This document shows positions 26,231 to 38,228 of a DNA stretch of 64,000 nucleotides, in pieces (within the stretch, counting starts at the first letter, position 1; every line of letters begins with the position of its first letter). Source of the stretch: Callorhinchus milii (lineage: Eukaryota). Where the stretch lies: contig NW_024704742.1 of NCBI RefSeq assembly GCF_018977255.1, forward strand, positions 45,138,001 through 45,202,000. Direction: 5' to 3'. The translations under genes and the position numbers were made by a program. The notes under the pieces were generated by a model. That model made no database searches, had not been told where the DNA came from, and saw only the letters and a list, made by a program, of their open reading frames with translations.

Positions 26231-26559
26231 GCACGATATGTATTGAATGTCCTTTACACACCATAGCCCTCTTTGTACTGAATGTCCTTTACACACCTTA
26301 GTCTTCTGTATACTGATGTCCTTTAAATGTCTTCCTCCTCCAGTACTGGATATTATTAACACCCCTTATTCCCCTGAATACTCCATGTCCTTTCCACCTT
26401 TCAAGATACACATTATTGAGATTGTTGGAGGGTATAACATTAAAAGAGGGCAGCTGCTTGGCAAGTCATCTCTGTTTATTGAGTCCTGTGTGGCTGTTCT
26501 GCATTATTACATTCTGTTTTTGTTATTATTTCGATAGGTCCGTCGCCAAATCTGACTGG

Positions 26560-28330
26560 GGACGAGCAAAGCAATGAACCGGACCAGGCCATGCATTTCA
26601 ATGACTGAGCAAGCCTTTGGTATTTTGAAAATAAGATTTGCTTCTGTTGATAACTGACAAGAGCATGGAGGTAATCCTTACCACATATTCGGAAAGTCTG
26701 CAATGTTGGGAAACAGCCCATACATCATAAAACGTTTGCAACTTTCTGTCAGATTTCGAACACTTGCCTCAGTGTGTTTTGAAGGCTTGAGCCCATGGTC
26801 TAAACTGGATCTAGGGGAGTTCTTGTTATTGGAGAGCCGCCTTTCTGATCAGATGCTAAACCAAGGTCCCTTCTGTTTTCATGTTGTAGATGCCAAGCCC
26901 CTGCTCAAAAGGAGAATAACATGTTGCCTCATATCATTATTTTCATAATGGATAACACCTAAAAACACTCTGCAAAGATGGTGTGGCCTGGGAAGAGAGT
27001 TTCTCCTGGTATCCTGATCAAAAACTCTTTGGTTAGGTAAAACACAATCACTCCACTTTGTAGAGAATTGGGTAAAGCACTTTGAAACATCTTCCCATGT
27101 GAAATGTGTTATATCAAATGCAAGGATTATTTTTATTATTATTTTTGCTGTTGATCATTCACCCAGTATTTTAATGTGGTATTTGGTGTGTTTGCGTACA
27201 AACAAAACACTTGACAGTAATTAGCTGTGAAGCACTTTGAAACATTAAATTTTACAAGTGCAAACATGCATTATAAAAAGGCAAGTTCTTCATTCTATTC
27301 ATTAGTGAACACCAAATGGAGTACAACAGACATATTAAACATGCAGCTCACAACATTTTCTGAGTTACTTTTCTTAATTTCTATTAGATTCAACAAAAAC
27401 TATGAACCCTTTTCAATTCTGTGACTGTCCTGTCTCTTTCTGAAGCTTTTTTTTTAACAACAACTTATATTTGCATAGTGCCTTTCACATTAGGAGGACA
27501 TCCCATGGTGCTGGATTTGTCAGGAATTTGGACCCGAGCAGGGGGTTGGGATCCGGAGTGGAAGGGTAGGAGGGTGGTCGAAGGCGCGGTCCAAGAGGAG
27601 TAACAACTCTAGTGATTTGTCAAAAAAATACAGTCACTGCATTTTACAGTAAAATCCTATGAAGCGCTTTGAGGCCTCCTCACGATGTGAAAGCCACTAT
27701 ATCAAATGTAAGGTTTTTTTTCAGTTTTTTCATATTTTTCCCCTGGCTCATCTGATGGACCACACCTCAAATCCTACCACTGCACTGGACTGAGAGCCAA
27801 AACTATGAGCTCAAGGTCCCGACATGGGATTTAAATCCACAATCTTATGACTCGAGGCAAGAATGCTACCAACGGATCCAGCTGACTCCTCGAATAATTG
27901 TTAGAACACCTTTCTTTTTGACCCATAGGAATATGTTTTCTACTCTCTGGTGGTTTCTGGAAGCAATGTGAGTTTGATCCTATTTCCTTACGTTGTCTGT
28001 TTTCAATTATTGTTTTTTTATTACATGCCTCATGCATGCACTTTTATATTATGGTAGCAGCTTAACCTTGAGAAAATATCTCATAACAGTTTATATTGGA
28101 ACAATAGCTTCCTTGCACTTGTGAGTAATATTTTATAAGAAAGCGACACACAAAAGAAATGTTAGCCTCACAGCACAGTATTGTTCATTTGGTTTGTGTT
28201 TACCAATGATTTTCCCTTTAGCTACTGTAATTAAAATTAAGTTAAAAGACCATTTCCTCCTTGAAACAGTTGTCCTCACTGTCTCACGTCTAAGGCAAAA
28301 TAGGCAGAGGTGACCACAGAGCATGACTAG
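26560..28330 (+). pseudogene. Tyrosinase-family relic M (N-terminus to post-CuA, fragmented)
   Basis: SPYIIKR ~ DCT GPYILRN. DFEHLP (26752) ~ DRELWP. SVFNY...MHALL (27996-28046, one frame) ~ SIYNY / TYR MDALL. SH..LYWN..FL (~28078) ~ SH..FLPWHRLFL. Confidence 0.5.
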
Positions 28331-28422
28331 TTATCAGCCGACAACATTTTAAATCAAAGTTTACTTCAATCTACCAGACAGGTAAATTCAACCAAACAGT
28401 TCATTTCAACCAGTCAGGCAAA

Positions 28423-28974
28423 CTAAACTAGAAGGAACTGTTTCTACAATTGCAGTACAGATTGCAGTGCAGTCGGTCATTGATAATAGCAAGACTTGTA
28501 AAATGTACTGTACTGCTGATAAAATAGGGGGCTTCAACTCAGGGTACTGTATGTTCAGAATCCTCTGTCCCCTTCCCACATATCCAGATGACGCAGATAT
28601 TCAGATAATACCATGGTTTTATTTCAAGGCTTGATCTAGATATGATCCTATTTATTACTTCCTTTTCTTGAGACAAATAAGTGGTGCTGATCTCTTGTCT
28701 ATTTTGTAAATGTCTGAAAGAATGACTTGACTTGCACACAAGCTCCACTTCACTGTGACCCTCCAAAGATGGTTCATTGCTCTATGGTGCAGGAATGAGG
28801 CACCAGCAATATCCCTTGCCGTAGAAGCTTGTTCTTTTCCTTCTTGGGGCTTCAGATTGCATTGTGTACTCTTGTCTGATCTAAACTAGAAGGAACTGTT
28901 CCTCCAATTGCAATACAATATATGCTCGGTCAGTCATTGATAATAGCAATACTCATAAAATGCACTGTACTGCT
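28423..28974. repeat. ~95-bp imperfect direct repeat pair (28423-28517 and 28881-28974)
   Basis: Both copies read ctaaactagaaggaactgtt...caattgca...gtcattgataatagcaa..aaaatg.actgtactgct. Confidence 0.9.
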
Positions 28975-29629
28975 TTGTGGTTACATGTTTAATTAAAATG
29001 ATTTCCTATTTCCATTGTTCAGATGAAAGGAAACAGCAGATGCTGAACAACTGAACTAAAATGAAAAACTAGAGAAGTATTTGGTCTTACAACCCTCTCA
29101 CTCTTGTTAAGAATCTCTTCAACACCACTTTCCCCCACACTTTTGATGAAGGTCACATTAACCTGCTTTTTTTTTCAGATGTCTATTATGTAATGTGCAT
29201 TTTCAGCATATTTTGAATACAGATATTTGTCATTTTACTTTATATCCCTGTCACAGAAGGTTGTGAAAATGTGGACTGCCAAGTCCCACAAGGTCATTTT
29301 GTTTATGGTAGCCAGGTGTCTGACACATGTGGAATCCCATCACCACGCTTAAGAGTATCCTAACCAAGCTGAGATTTCCATGCATCCCACCTACACATGG
29401 AAAATCCCAGAGATAGAGTGTTGGAATAGAATGCACACTGTCTACCTGGAGGGATGCATCCCGTTTACCTGATTTGGAAAGCATTAGTGGTGCCACCAAA
29501 TAAGCAATTTAACATTTTGACTCCTGTGGTAAATGGAAGTGTGCTTCCCTGATCTTCCGGGAACGAGTAATCATTTACATTAGAGCAGAGTTCCCAAATG
29601 TCAGCATCACTCACCTTATTTGCTACGCT

Positions 29630-30003
29630 GATAATAATAATCCTTTCATTTGATATAGCACCTAATCACATCTTTGAGACGTCTCAAAGCGCTTCACAGA
29701 ATATACAGTAAAATGATTGACTGTATATTTTGTGGGCAAAGCATGGCACCATTTGCGCACAGCAGTGTCCCACAAACAGTCGTGGATTGAGTGACAAGAT
29801 TATTATTTTTTTTAAACATTTTTAAGGAATTATTACACCCGGGAAAGCAGTCAGCCAATCGACTAACAACCGGGTTCCTACTTACCTCTAAGTAAGCAGA
29901 GGTGTGTGGAGAAAGGAAACTTGCCCAACATTTCACCCTGCAGGGAATTGGACACAGGTCCTCTCACTTGTGAGACAAGTGCCCTAACGACTAAGATACA
30001 GGA
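29630..30003 (-). mobile_element. tRNA-derived SINE, long form
   Basis: Full head, body and tail on the minus strand. Confidence 0.85.
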
Positions 30004-30045
30004 TTATAAGGCATCACAAAAATTTTAGTTATTCCCCCCCATTGA

Positions 30046-30369
30046 GGAGTCCTGTAGCTCAGTGGTTAGAGCACTCGCTTTGCAAGTGAGAGACCTGAGT
30101 TCAATTCCAGGCAGGGCGAAACCTTGGGCAAGTTTCCTTACTCCACACAGAGCCTAATAATAATCCCTCCAAAAAACCCCAAACAATAATTAAATTGGTC
30201 ATTTTCAATCTACGACTGTTTGTGGGACACTGCTGTGCGCAATTGGCTGCCGCGTTCGCCCACAAATATACAGTCAATTCACTTTACAGTGTCTTCTGTG
30301 AAGCGCTTTGGGACGTCCTCCCGACGTGAAAAGCGCTATATCAAATGCAAGGATTATTATTATTATTAT
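30046..30369 (+). mobile_element. tRNA-derived SINE, short form, young-looking
   Basis: ggagtcctgtagctcagtggttagagc head, CpGs retained, (ATT)n tail. Confidence 0.9.
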
Positions 30370-30379
30370 CCCCTAATTT

Positions 30380-30642
30380 CAGCAGCCAATTGTGCATAGC
30401 AGTGTCCCACAAACAGTCGAGGATTGAGTTACCAAATTATTATTATTTTTTAAAAAGGATTATTACCCCCGGAAAAGGGATCCGCCAATCGACTAACAAC
30501 TGGGTACCTATTTACTGCTGGATAAACAGAGGTGTGTGGAGTGAGAAAACTTGCGTAATGTTTCTCCCTGACCAGCAAACAAACCCAGGTCCTCTCGCTT
30601 GCGAGTGCGAGGCACGTGTTCTAACCAATACGCTACAGGACT
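30380..30642 (-). mobile_element. tRNA-derived SINE, long form, lacking tail
   Basis: Head and body on the minus strand, directly abutting the + copy. Confidence 0.82.
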
Positions 30643-31491
30643 TCACGTATCATGTAATATTATACTAAATAAGACCCATTTTAAAAAAATATATATACAT
30701 GGTAAGACTGCTGATCACAATATTACATTTTTATCCATTAAAGCACCAAATATAATATAATTATTGTTTAAGTTCTAGATAATCTTGCTTCACAGAAGAA
30801 TATTATTCATCAAATTAATTAGCTGAAAGATTTCTTTGTATTGACATATTGAACATCTTGTTAAAGTGAATTAAAAATGTTGGTGGATGTGGTGTAATTT
30901 GCTATTAAAACAGACTTTATTAGATGAATAGATACATGACTGTGGGTTATCATGGTGTTTCCAATGATGTATAATACAATGGGTGAAAGGTCAGGACATC
31001 ACTGGGGGGTTCACCACAACCAAAAAGAGCTCAAAAGCAACATTTATTTCCTTCAATCTTAACAAAAACTGCAGCACAACAGAAATCAATGGAACAAAAC
31101 GTGAACAAGTATCAAATTTGCTGTTAAGCAAAACTTGCTGTTAAGTAGGGCAGTCTGTAATACCAATCCCTGTGAGAATACTAATGACTGAAGGATCAGT
31201 GTTCAAGGGTGAATAGTTCTCAGCTTTGGCTTTGGAGAACATGAAATTCTGGTAATTGTAGAGCTGAAATTTAATCCCAATATTCACACGTGAGCTTTCC
31301 TGGACAGTAGAGAAGGCCAGATTCCCTTCACTGGGGATCTGGAGAATAACATCCCCCACCTCTGCAGAAATCAACCTGTACTGTACAAATTATAAAGCAA
31401 TAATTTACTTACCCAAAGTTTCTAGGGAAATCAGCTACATATTACCCTTGAACCACCAAGAATGATACAAGTCCTCTTCACTGGAGAATGG

Positions 31492-31910
31492 TGTCAGCCT
31501 GGCTCAGTTAGCAGCATTCGCTTCTGGGTCAAAAGGTTGTGGTGTCAAGCCTCACAACAGGACTTTGTGTTCACAGTCTAACACTGCAATGTAGCTGAGG
31601 GAGCACTGCATTGTCAGAGGTGCAATCCTTTTGATGAGATATTAAACCAACTTCCCATCTGCCTGGTCTTGTAAGATCCCTATCGCATTATTCAAAAAGA
31701 AAGAGACTTCTCCTAGTGTCCTGGCCAACAAGCCCACAGATTAAATTGTCCATTCACTTGATGGCTGTTTGTGGAATAATGGTGTTTGGAAATTGGCTAC
31801 CAAATTTACCCACAAAATACAGACACTGTGCCCAAAATGCTGTAAAGTGCTTTGAGACATTTTCTCAATGTGAAAAGTGCTGGATCAAATGCAAAGATTG
31901 GAATAATTAT
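31492..31910 (+). mobile_element. Older SINE with Deu-like central domain
   Basis: tRNA-like head (gtcagcctggctcagtt..), then gatgagatattaaacc..gatccc..gtgtcctggccaa core and the shared tail. Related copies at ~8190-8600(-), 9680-10010(+), 15230-15600(-), 48660-49100(-) and 51615-51810(-). Confidence 0.7.
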
Positions 31911-32254
31911 ATAAAACTATTGGTAACTTGGCCACTGATATGATTGCAACCCCAACTAGTAGCTCATTCTCTCCAGTGATAACAACAACTTCTCCAACAG
32001 GTTTACCCATCAGACACCAAGCTGATCAAAGCAAAAGAATAACTCATCTAATAGAAGGTTAGGGAATCAACAGCAGATTTGGATTGAGAACTAGGAACTA
32101 AAAGGACACTGATTCTATTGTAATAGAGGTTTTCGCTCAGTGTGTTACTTAAATATGCTGAACATATCAGAATCTCTGTTTGCAACCTAAAGTATCAGGT
32201 TGCCTTTGTTGCCGAGTATAACACCAAGAGACTTCTCCTGGAGTCCTGGCCAAC

Positions 32255-32562
32255 AGTCCTGTAGCTCAGTGGATAGGGCACTCGTATTGCAAGTAAGACA
32301 CATGGGTTCAATTCCAGGCAGGGTGAAACCTTGTGCAAGTTTCCTTACTCCACACGCCTAATAATAATCCCTCCAAAAAAAAATAATAAATTGGTAATTT
32401 TCAATCCACGACTGTTTGTGGGACACTGCTGTGCGCAATTGGCTGCCACGTTTCGCCCACAGATATACAGTCAATTCACTTTACAGCATATTCTGTGAAG
32501 CACTTTGAGACGTCTAGAAGACGTGAAAAGCGCTATATCAAATGCAAGGATTATTATTATTT
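32255..32562 (+). mobile_element. tRNA-derived SINE, short form
   Basis: Full head, body and (ATT)n tail. Confidence 0.9.
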
Positions 32563-33119
32563 TAATTTACATTTAATATAGTGTTTCATATTGAGGGGAT
32601 GTCTCAAAGCATCTCACAAAATCCACTGGGAGACTAAGCTGGGAGAGAAGCTGAAAAGGGGTGGAAGGAGGTAATGAGTAATCTCATTGAGGATGTCTCT
32701 TAGGAGAGAATTATTTTATGTAGGAGACATAGCTCAGGTATGTTCTCTGTATTTAAGGTTCTTTCTCACACAGTACTCAACAACAACAAAAACAAATTAC
32801 ATTTGTATAGTGCTTTTCACATCGAGTGGACATCCCTCTTGAGTGCCCATTACTGTTCTATTTACTTTGTCAAAACAATTTCTTAATACAATGCGCAGAT
32901 TTTGGCTTTAGTTGAACTATTGTACTTTCAACAGCTGAAATAGACTTCTAATTTTTTTATTAAAAATAACAAAATCATAATGTGGAGCAGAGTTTCAGGC
33001 TCTAAATTTTACCATTGCATGAGTTAATTTTTTATTGCAAAAAAACATAAAATAATGACCTTCAATGATCCTTCACCCAATAATGTTGTGCAGTCTTAAA
33101 GGACCATCATCACTCTATA

Positions 33120-33690
33120 AACACGATAATGAGCAAGTTTTATTTTGTGCTGATGAAACATGCAAACACACATAATTCACAATATAACAGTGTAGGCATG
33201 ATTGAATCTGAGTAATACAACATTCAAGAGCAGGTCTCAACCATCCTATTAAAATTAACAGTAAAGGATGACATTTGCCAATTATATAAAAGGAGCCTTC
33301 TGCCTGGAGGCATGATTTTGAATCCAGTCCAGAGAAAGTAAATCCAAGCCTTCTGTACTGAAGGCTGGAATTTGGCAATAACTGCATCTGAATTGAGCTC
33401 AGTAAGGACACTTGTCCAAGAATTCCTTATATTTGGCACTTATTCAGTAACCTCAGCCCAATGTTTCTGGTTTGGAAGAATGGAAATGTAAATAACCAAA
33501 TTGGTACTATGAGCAGTGAGTATGACAGAGAGAAACCTCTGAACCATGTTCTGCCTGTTATAAGACTGGAGTTTGCTGCTGGTTGCAAAAAGTGGATATT
33601 ATTCTGTTCCAATCTGTGATCATTCTTTGCTTTAATTACCATGGGAAAAAAAACAAAGAAATCAATCACTGCAACCTGTGAAGTTTGATC
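33120..33690 (-). pseudogene. Tyrosinase-family relic O (CuA and linker)
   Basis: ORF 33427-33669 contains VIDFFV ~ DCT VYDFFV, FTFPFF ~ FTIPYW and NKCQI ~ EKCDI. These are followed by LLPNSS..RR ~ ISPNSV..WR. Confidence 0.55.
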
Positions 33691-34169
33691 AGTTCAGTGA
33701 ATCCAAATTAATTGTAAGCAGGGCCTCTGTAATAACTTTTATTTGCCGAAGCAAGTTCACTGGTGGCAACAATGAGCCCCCTATTACCTACAGAAGTGGA
33801 TTTGCAAAATGTCCAGGGGTGAAAATATGATTCTTCTCCACATGTTTACAAATTAACAAACATACACATTTTTATGAATAGTAAAAGTTCTTTGCTTATT
33901 TTTAAAATTGAAAAGAAAATATAAAGATGTGCACCGAGAAGCAACGTTAAAAGCAAGAACTAAATGAAGAACATTAGTTTCTATTTTTTATGCTAGATTG
34001 AATGCAACCAAAATCATGGCAATATATTTTTTAAAAACTTTAAATGAAGCAAATGTGCAGTTCTCTTTGTACTACCTCTATAGATGAATCTGGCCATGTC
34101 CTCCAAACTGGTATTGATGAAAAACATACTTAAATCAGTTAATTGCAGGATTGATAGTTCAATTATTTG

Positions 34170-35180
34170 ATTGCCCTACTCGCTGGTCTCTCAGATCCTC
34201 CTTACACAATCTGTAGACCCTCCAGAACTCTGTATTTCATGTCATTTCCCATACCAGGCTTTGTAAGCCTATCAGCTCCATAATCTCCGAGCTGCACTGG
34301 CTCCCCATCTCCAGTGAATTAAATTCAAGATCCTGCTCCTCGTGTTTAAATCTTTCCATGCCCCTCCCTATATTCGTGATCTCCTGTAACCCTACCACTC
34401 CAGCCCTTCTCTCCTTCTCTCAGCAAACATCAGCCTATTTCATGCCCCTCCTCCCCACCATTGGTGCTTGAGCTTCCATGCATTCTGCCCCTGATCACTG
34501 GAATTCCATTTTCTCTGCCTTGCCCCCTCCCTCCCTCCCTTTAGCGCCAACCTTAAGAAAGCTTAAAGTTCAAATGATTCAGAACTCTGCCCCTGTCTCC
34601 TTACCCATACCAATACCCCAGATCTTGCTAGGATCCACTGGCTCTCTGTTGAAGAAAGGTTTAATTTAAAAACCCTCACTCTTACTTTCAAATCTCTTCA
34701 CAATCTGGCACCTCATTATCTCTCCAATCTGCTCACACATCACTCCTGTACCCACACCTTTGCTCAACTAGCTCAGGTCTTCTGCACATCCCTCAACTCT
34801 TCTGCTCCACAATTGGTGGCTATGCTTTCTGGAATTCCTTGCCTCAATCCTTCTGTCTTGCCCCTCTTCAAATCACACATGAAGACTTTCCTCTTTGCCT
34901 GTGCCTTTGGTCACCTCCAGTCCCTTACCTGGATGGCATCAAGCCTGCGCATTAAGTGCTCCTATATGCAATCTGTGTGAAGGATGCTACCTAAATGCAA
35001 GTTGTTATTATTGTTTTGACCATGCTTTTGGTTACCTTTCACCCCCACCCCTACTTACTACACTGCACCATCCTTCACAGATCCTCCCATCCCCAGCTTG
35101 GGTTCCCAGCCGGTTGGGTGAAGCATTTTAAAATGATCTCCTAACATGAAAGGCACTATACAAATATAAATTGTTATTGA
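34170..35180 (+). mobile_element. Cluster of degraded L2 3' fragments
   Basis: Repeated cagaactctg / ctgcactggctcccc / ctggaattcc motifs and two L2-type tails (~35005 and ~35170). Confidence 0.8.
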
Positions 35181-36309
35181 TGCTGTTATATAATTTCTGG
35201 AACTCGATGCCTGCTGCTATAGTACATTGTTCTGCATTGGGTATTATAAAAAGCAAACCTAACTTGATAAGAGTGTAAAAAAAATGATACCAGAATGTGA
35301 GCTGCAGAGGAAATGTGAGGCTGTAAGAATTGTGGTCAGTGGGAAAGACAGAGAATGGTAAACGTAAAGCGCTTCATGTGTTGAACTGACAATTTGTAGG
35401 CATTAAATTTCATTAATCCAATGCCTATTGGCAATTTAACACAATATGCACTTTATTTTTGAGTAAGATTGGCACAAGCTTGGGTGTTTTATACAATGAC
35501 GAATGGTAATTTGGGGTAAAAGCCTGAGGAGTGCATTCGACTTCCAGTGTTCTCAAAGTGGGCAATCATCCTTAGCCAATCAATACTCGCTGCTGTTCCT
35601 AAGACAGGTGCAGCACAAATGCCTCTATTTCTATAACCTAAGGTCTCTTAACCATTTGATCACGGAATTGGATGTTTAAAACCAAACCTTATTGATATTA
35701 TGATTATAATCCTTGCATTTGAATACAGCACTTTATCACATTGAGACGTCTCAAAGCGCTCCACAGATTATACTGTAAAGTGAATTGACTGTATATTTAG
35801 TGAGCACAAATGTACATCTCTTGTATATGGTGACTTTACAACACTGATATTGGAGTTACTGCAACTTATCCTGTTCTCCCTTTTTGGCTGTTGAATATCC
35901 CATGACACTATTCAAAATGTGAAGGGAGTATTTCCCTGGTTTCCTGGCCATCAATCGCCCAGAATATTTGATTGTTTACTTCATTGCTTCATTGCTGTTT
36001 ATGGGATATTGCTCTGGGTAATTGGCTGTCTTCAGTCTAGGAATACTCCTGACCATAGGTTTCTTTAACATGATAACCCTCCGCATTCTGCATAATTAGA
36101 TTCAACTGCTCAAGAAACTAATAATCTAAAAGCTCAATCCAACAAGTAACCTAGAACAGAATATAAGAGTGCATCCCAAATAGTAGAGTGCTACAGCACA
36201 GAAACATGCCATTCACATTGAACCTTTGAGCTTACTGTCCAGGACTGAAAGAATTGCTCTTTGAAAGAGCCAACACAAACAATCATGATGATCCGAATGG
36301 CCTTTTTCA

Positions 36310-37020
36310 GCACTGTAAATTTCTAGTGTTCCTGGTCCAAGCCTCATTGGTTAGGTCAGAGCATCCTATCCGGCGACCACAGCTGAAATGATTTATTCAG
36401 TGGATCCATTAAGGGCTCTACCACCACATGAATCATCCCAGAATTAGACATGAATTCAGAGGGAACACAAGTCAACTCAGGTGTAAGCAAGGAATTAAAA
36501 CATTAAATGCTGCAGAAAAATATTGTGGCCTTGACTTTGTTTACCAGGAATGTATCTTCTGATAAGAAGGAGGGTGGAACATTGAAAGACATTATTTTGG
36601 TTAGCATCCCTTGTTCAGTCATCTGGTAGTCTGAACACTGCTGTTAATCATATCCCAAAACATCGAGTTTATGAGCTTTAACCAAAGGGTGGATGCACTA
36701 TTTGATTGGTCTGGGCTTCACAATAACCAATAAGGTATAAAAATAAAGAGTTCAGTCAAAATTAACAAGCTACAGTCTGACGACCCCAGCTGCCTGTTAT
36801 GCTCCCAGGGATAGGTATTATTGATCAATATCTATATTCTTTGATAACCTGGTTGCTCCCATTATCACGTATTGAGGTAATGGGTCTTTCATCTTTGTAT
36901 AAACTTTGACTGTGGAACTATAATAGAGGAAGCAATTGTTCAACAATTGTGTGCATACTTCTTCATCATTAAGCCAAGTAAAGTTTCCTTCCACAGTTAA
37001 CAAACTGGAAATTGCTTCTG
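36310..37020 (-). pseudogene. Tyrosinase-family relic P
   Basis: One frame with stops: VEGNFTWLNDEE ~ VRRNLLDLSKEE, PQYVIMGATRLS ~ PLFVIATRRS / PDYVI, NFD*TLYF ~ NYFVWTHYY, KAH, EQGMLTKIMSFNVP ~ EQEIQKLTGDENFTIP, and SLLTP ~ NLLSP. Confidence 0.65.
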
Positions 37021-37369
37021 TTTAAAATTGGCTCTGAGATAAAAGTTAGTGCTGGAGATGTATTCACAGTCATGTTTATTGATTTGGCAACATTGGATTC
37101 CATAAAAATTTTGCTTTAATAGATGCAGTGTCTGTGCTGAATCCAAGATGCCATGAAAACACAGTCAAATAAATGTTACCTGCTGAACAATCAATCGTTC
37201 ATGTATCACACAATGGGGGGATGATACATTCTTTACAACAACAACTTGCATTTATATAGTGCCCTTTATGCCGGACGGCATCTTCGAGAGCTTAAGGGCC
37301 CTTCCATTTCCATTGAAAATAGGTTATTATTTGCATGCAGAGCTTTGCATTTTTGTGTTTTGAAGAGCA

Positions 37370-37680
37370 CTACTGGTTTCCATGAGAAAACAAACACAGA
37401 TGTCTCACAAACATGGGGTGAAATTTTGGTGGGATTATGGCTGGAAAATAATTATTCAACATAAAAATGTAAATTTGAAAAAACGCTCTCAGGGATAGAT
37501 TTAAAATGAAGTATTTGTGCATCAAAAACAGAAAGGTGGTGTCAACCCAGTGGGAAAACTCAACAAGAGAAACCCATACTCCAGAATTCAAAGGGTATTC
37601 TGTCATTTCAGTGTAAAACTCAAAACAAATATCAAGTTCCATCCGTGTGATAATTTTACTATTGATAATTATCACATTGA
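37370..37680 (-). pseudogene. Tyrosinase-family relic Q (CuA with 2nd and 3rd His retained)
   Basis: ORF 37370-37675 contains VEFSHWVDTTFLFLMHKYFILNL (37564-37497) ~ TYRP1 [21 protein letters not shown]. Confidence 0.65.
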
Positions 37681-37709
37681 ATTGTTATTCATGAAATCTA
37701 TGGCAACTT

Positions 37710-38228
37710 TCTGCTTACTGGACTTCTCTTTCCATCACAAGCTGCAGACTATGGAGAATTCTGCAGCTCATGTCTTTTCATGTACTAGGCTCCATGAGCA
37801 TATCATCCCAATCTTTGCCTGGCTCCACTAGCTCCCCATAGCTCACTCACTCACGCTAGCCCTGTAACCTTCTTAAACTCTACCCATCTGTCCCACCCTC
37901 TGCTTGGCAGGCACTGACCTGCTTCATGTCCCAATCCTGCTCTCCTCACCATCGGCGGTCCGGCCTTTCAACCTATCTACAAAAATTCTCTGGAACTCCA
38001 TCCCAGAGTTCCTTCATCTCACCCCTTCACTCTCCTGCTTCAAAGTCCATCTTAATACCTTCCTCTTTGATGGCGCCTTTAGTCATTTTCCCCCACTTCC
38101 ACCACCTTGGCTCCCACCACTACCAAATCCACTCGCCAGCTCTGATGCCAAACGCTGACTGTACAGCATATTGGTGTTTCTTCTTAACGTGAAAAGCATT
38201 ATATAAATGCAATTTGGTGTTGTTAGTT
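37710..38228 (+). mobile_element. L2 3' fragment
   Basis: HKLQTMENSAAHV...IIPIFAWLH and LWNSIP..FKVHLNTFLFD, plus an L2 tail. Confidence 0.85.

Larger units (their letters stand above)
28540..31400 (-). pseudogene. Tyrosinase-family relic N (fragmented, weak)
   Basis: N-terminal-like CRGGGCYSPD and GKLTCE near 31375-31280 ~ TYRP1 LRSGMCCPD and GRGRCE. CNLKPQEG (~28862) ~ CNGTPEG. SSHSFR (28730-28713) ~ STNSFR. Confidence 0.4.

Noticed and set aside
4884..26577. A spliced + strand gene built from exon-like pieces (4884-5160, 5612-5716, 19340-19528, 25756-26150)
   Set aside because: Phases can be made to fit, but tyrosinase similarity continues through the supposed splice sites and the pieces come from different copies, out of protein order. 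Exonisation cannot be excluded without RNA data.
26560..26710. Harbinger/HARBI1 transposase fragment (EQAFGILKIRF)
   Set aside because: Single short motif with no DDE context or TIRs. Adjacent sequence fits a tyrosinase N-terminus (SPYIIKR, DFEHLP). Ambiguous.
30046..30120. tRNA-Ala gene (also 3520, 32255, 58529)
   Set aside because: tRNA-like heads run into a shared SINE body and tail, and the acceptor stem is not intact.
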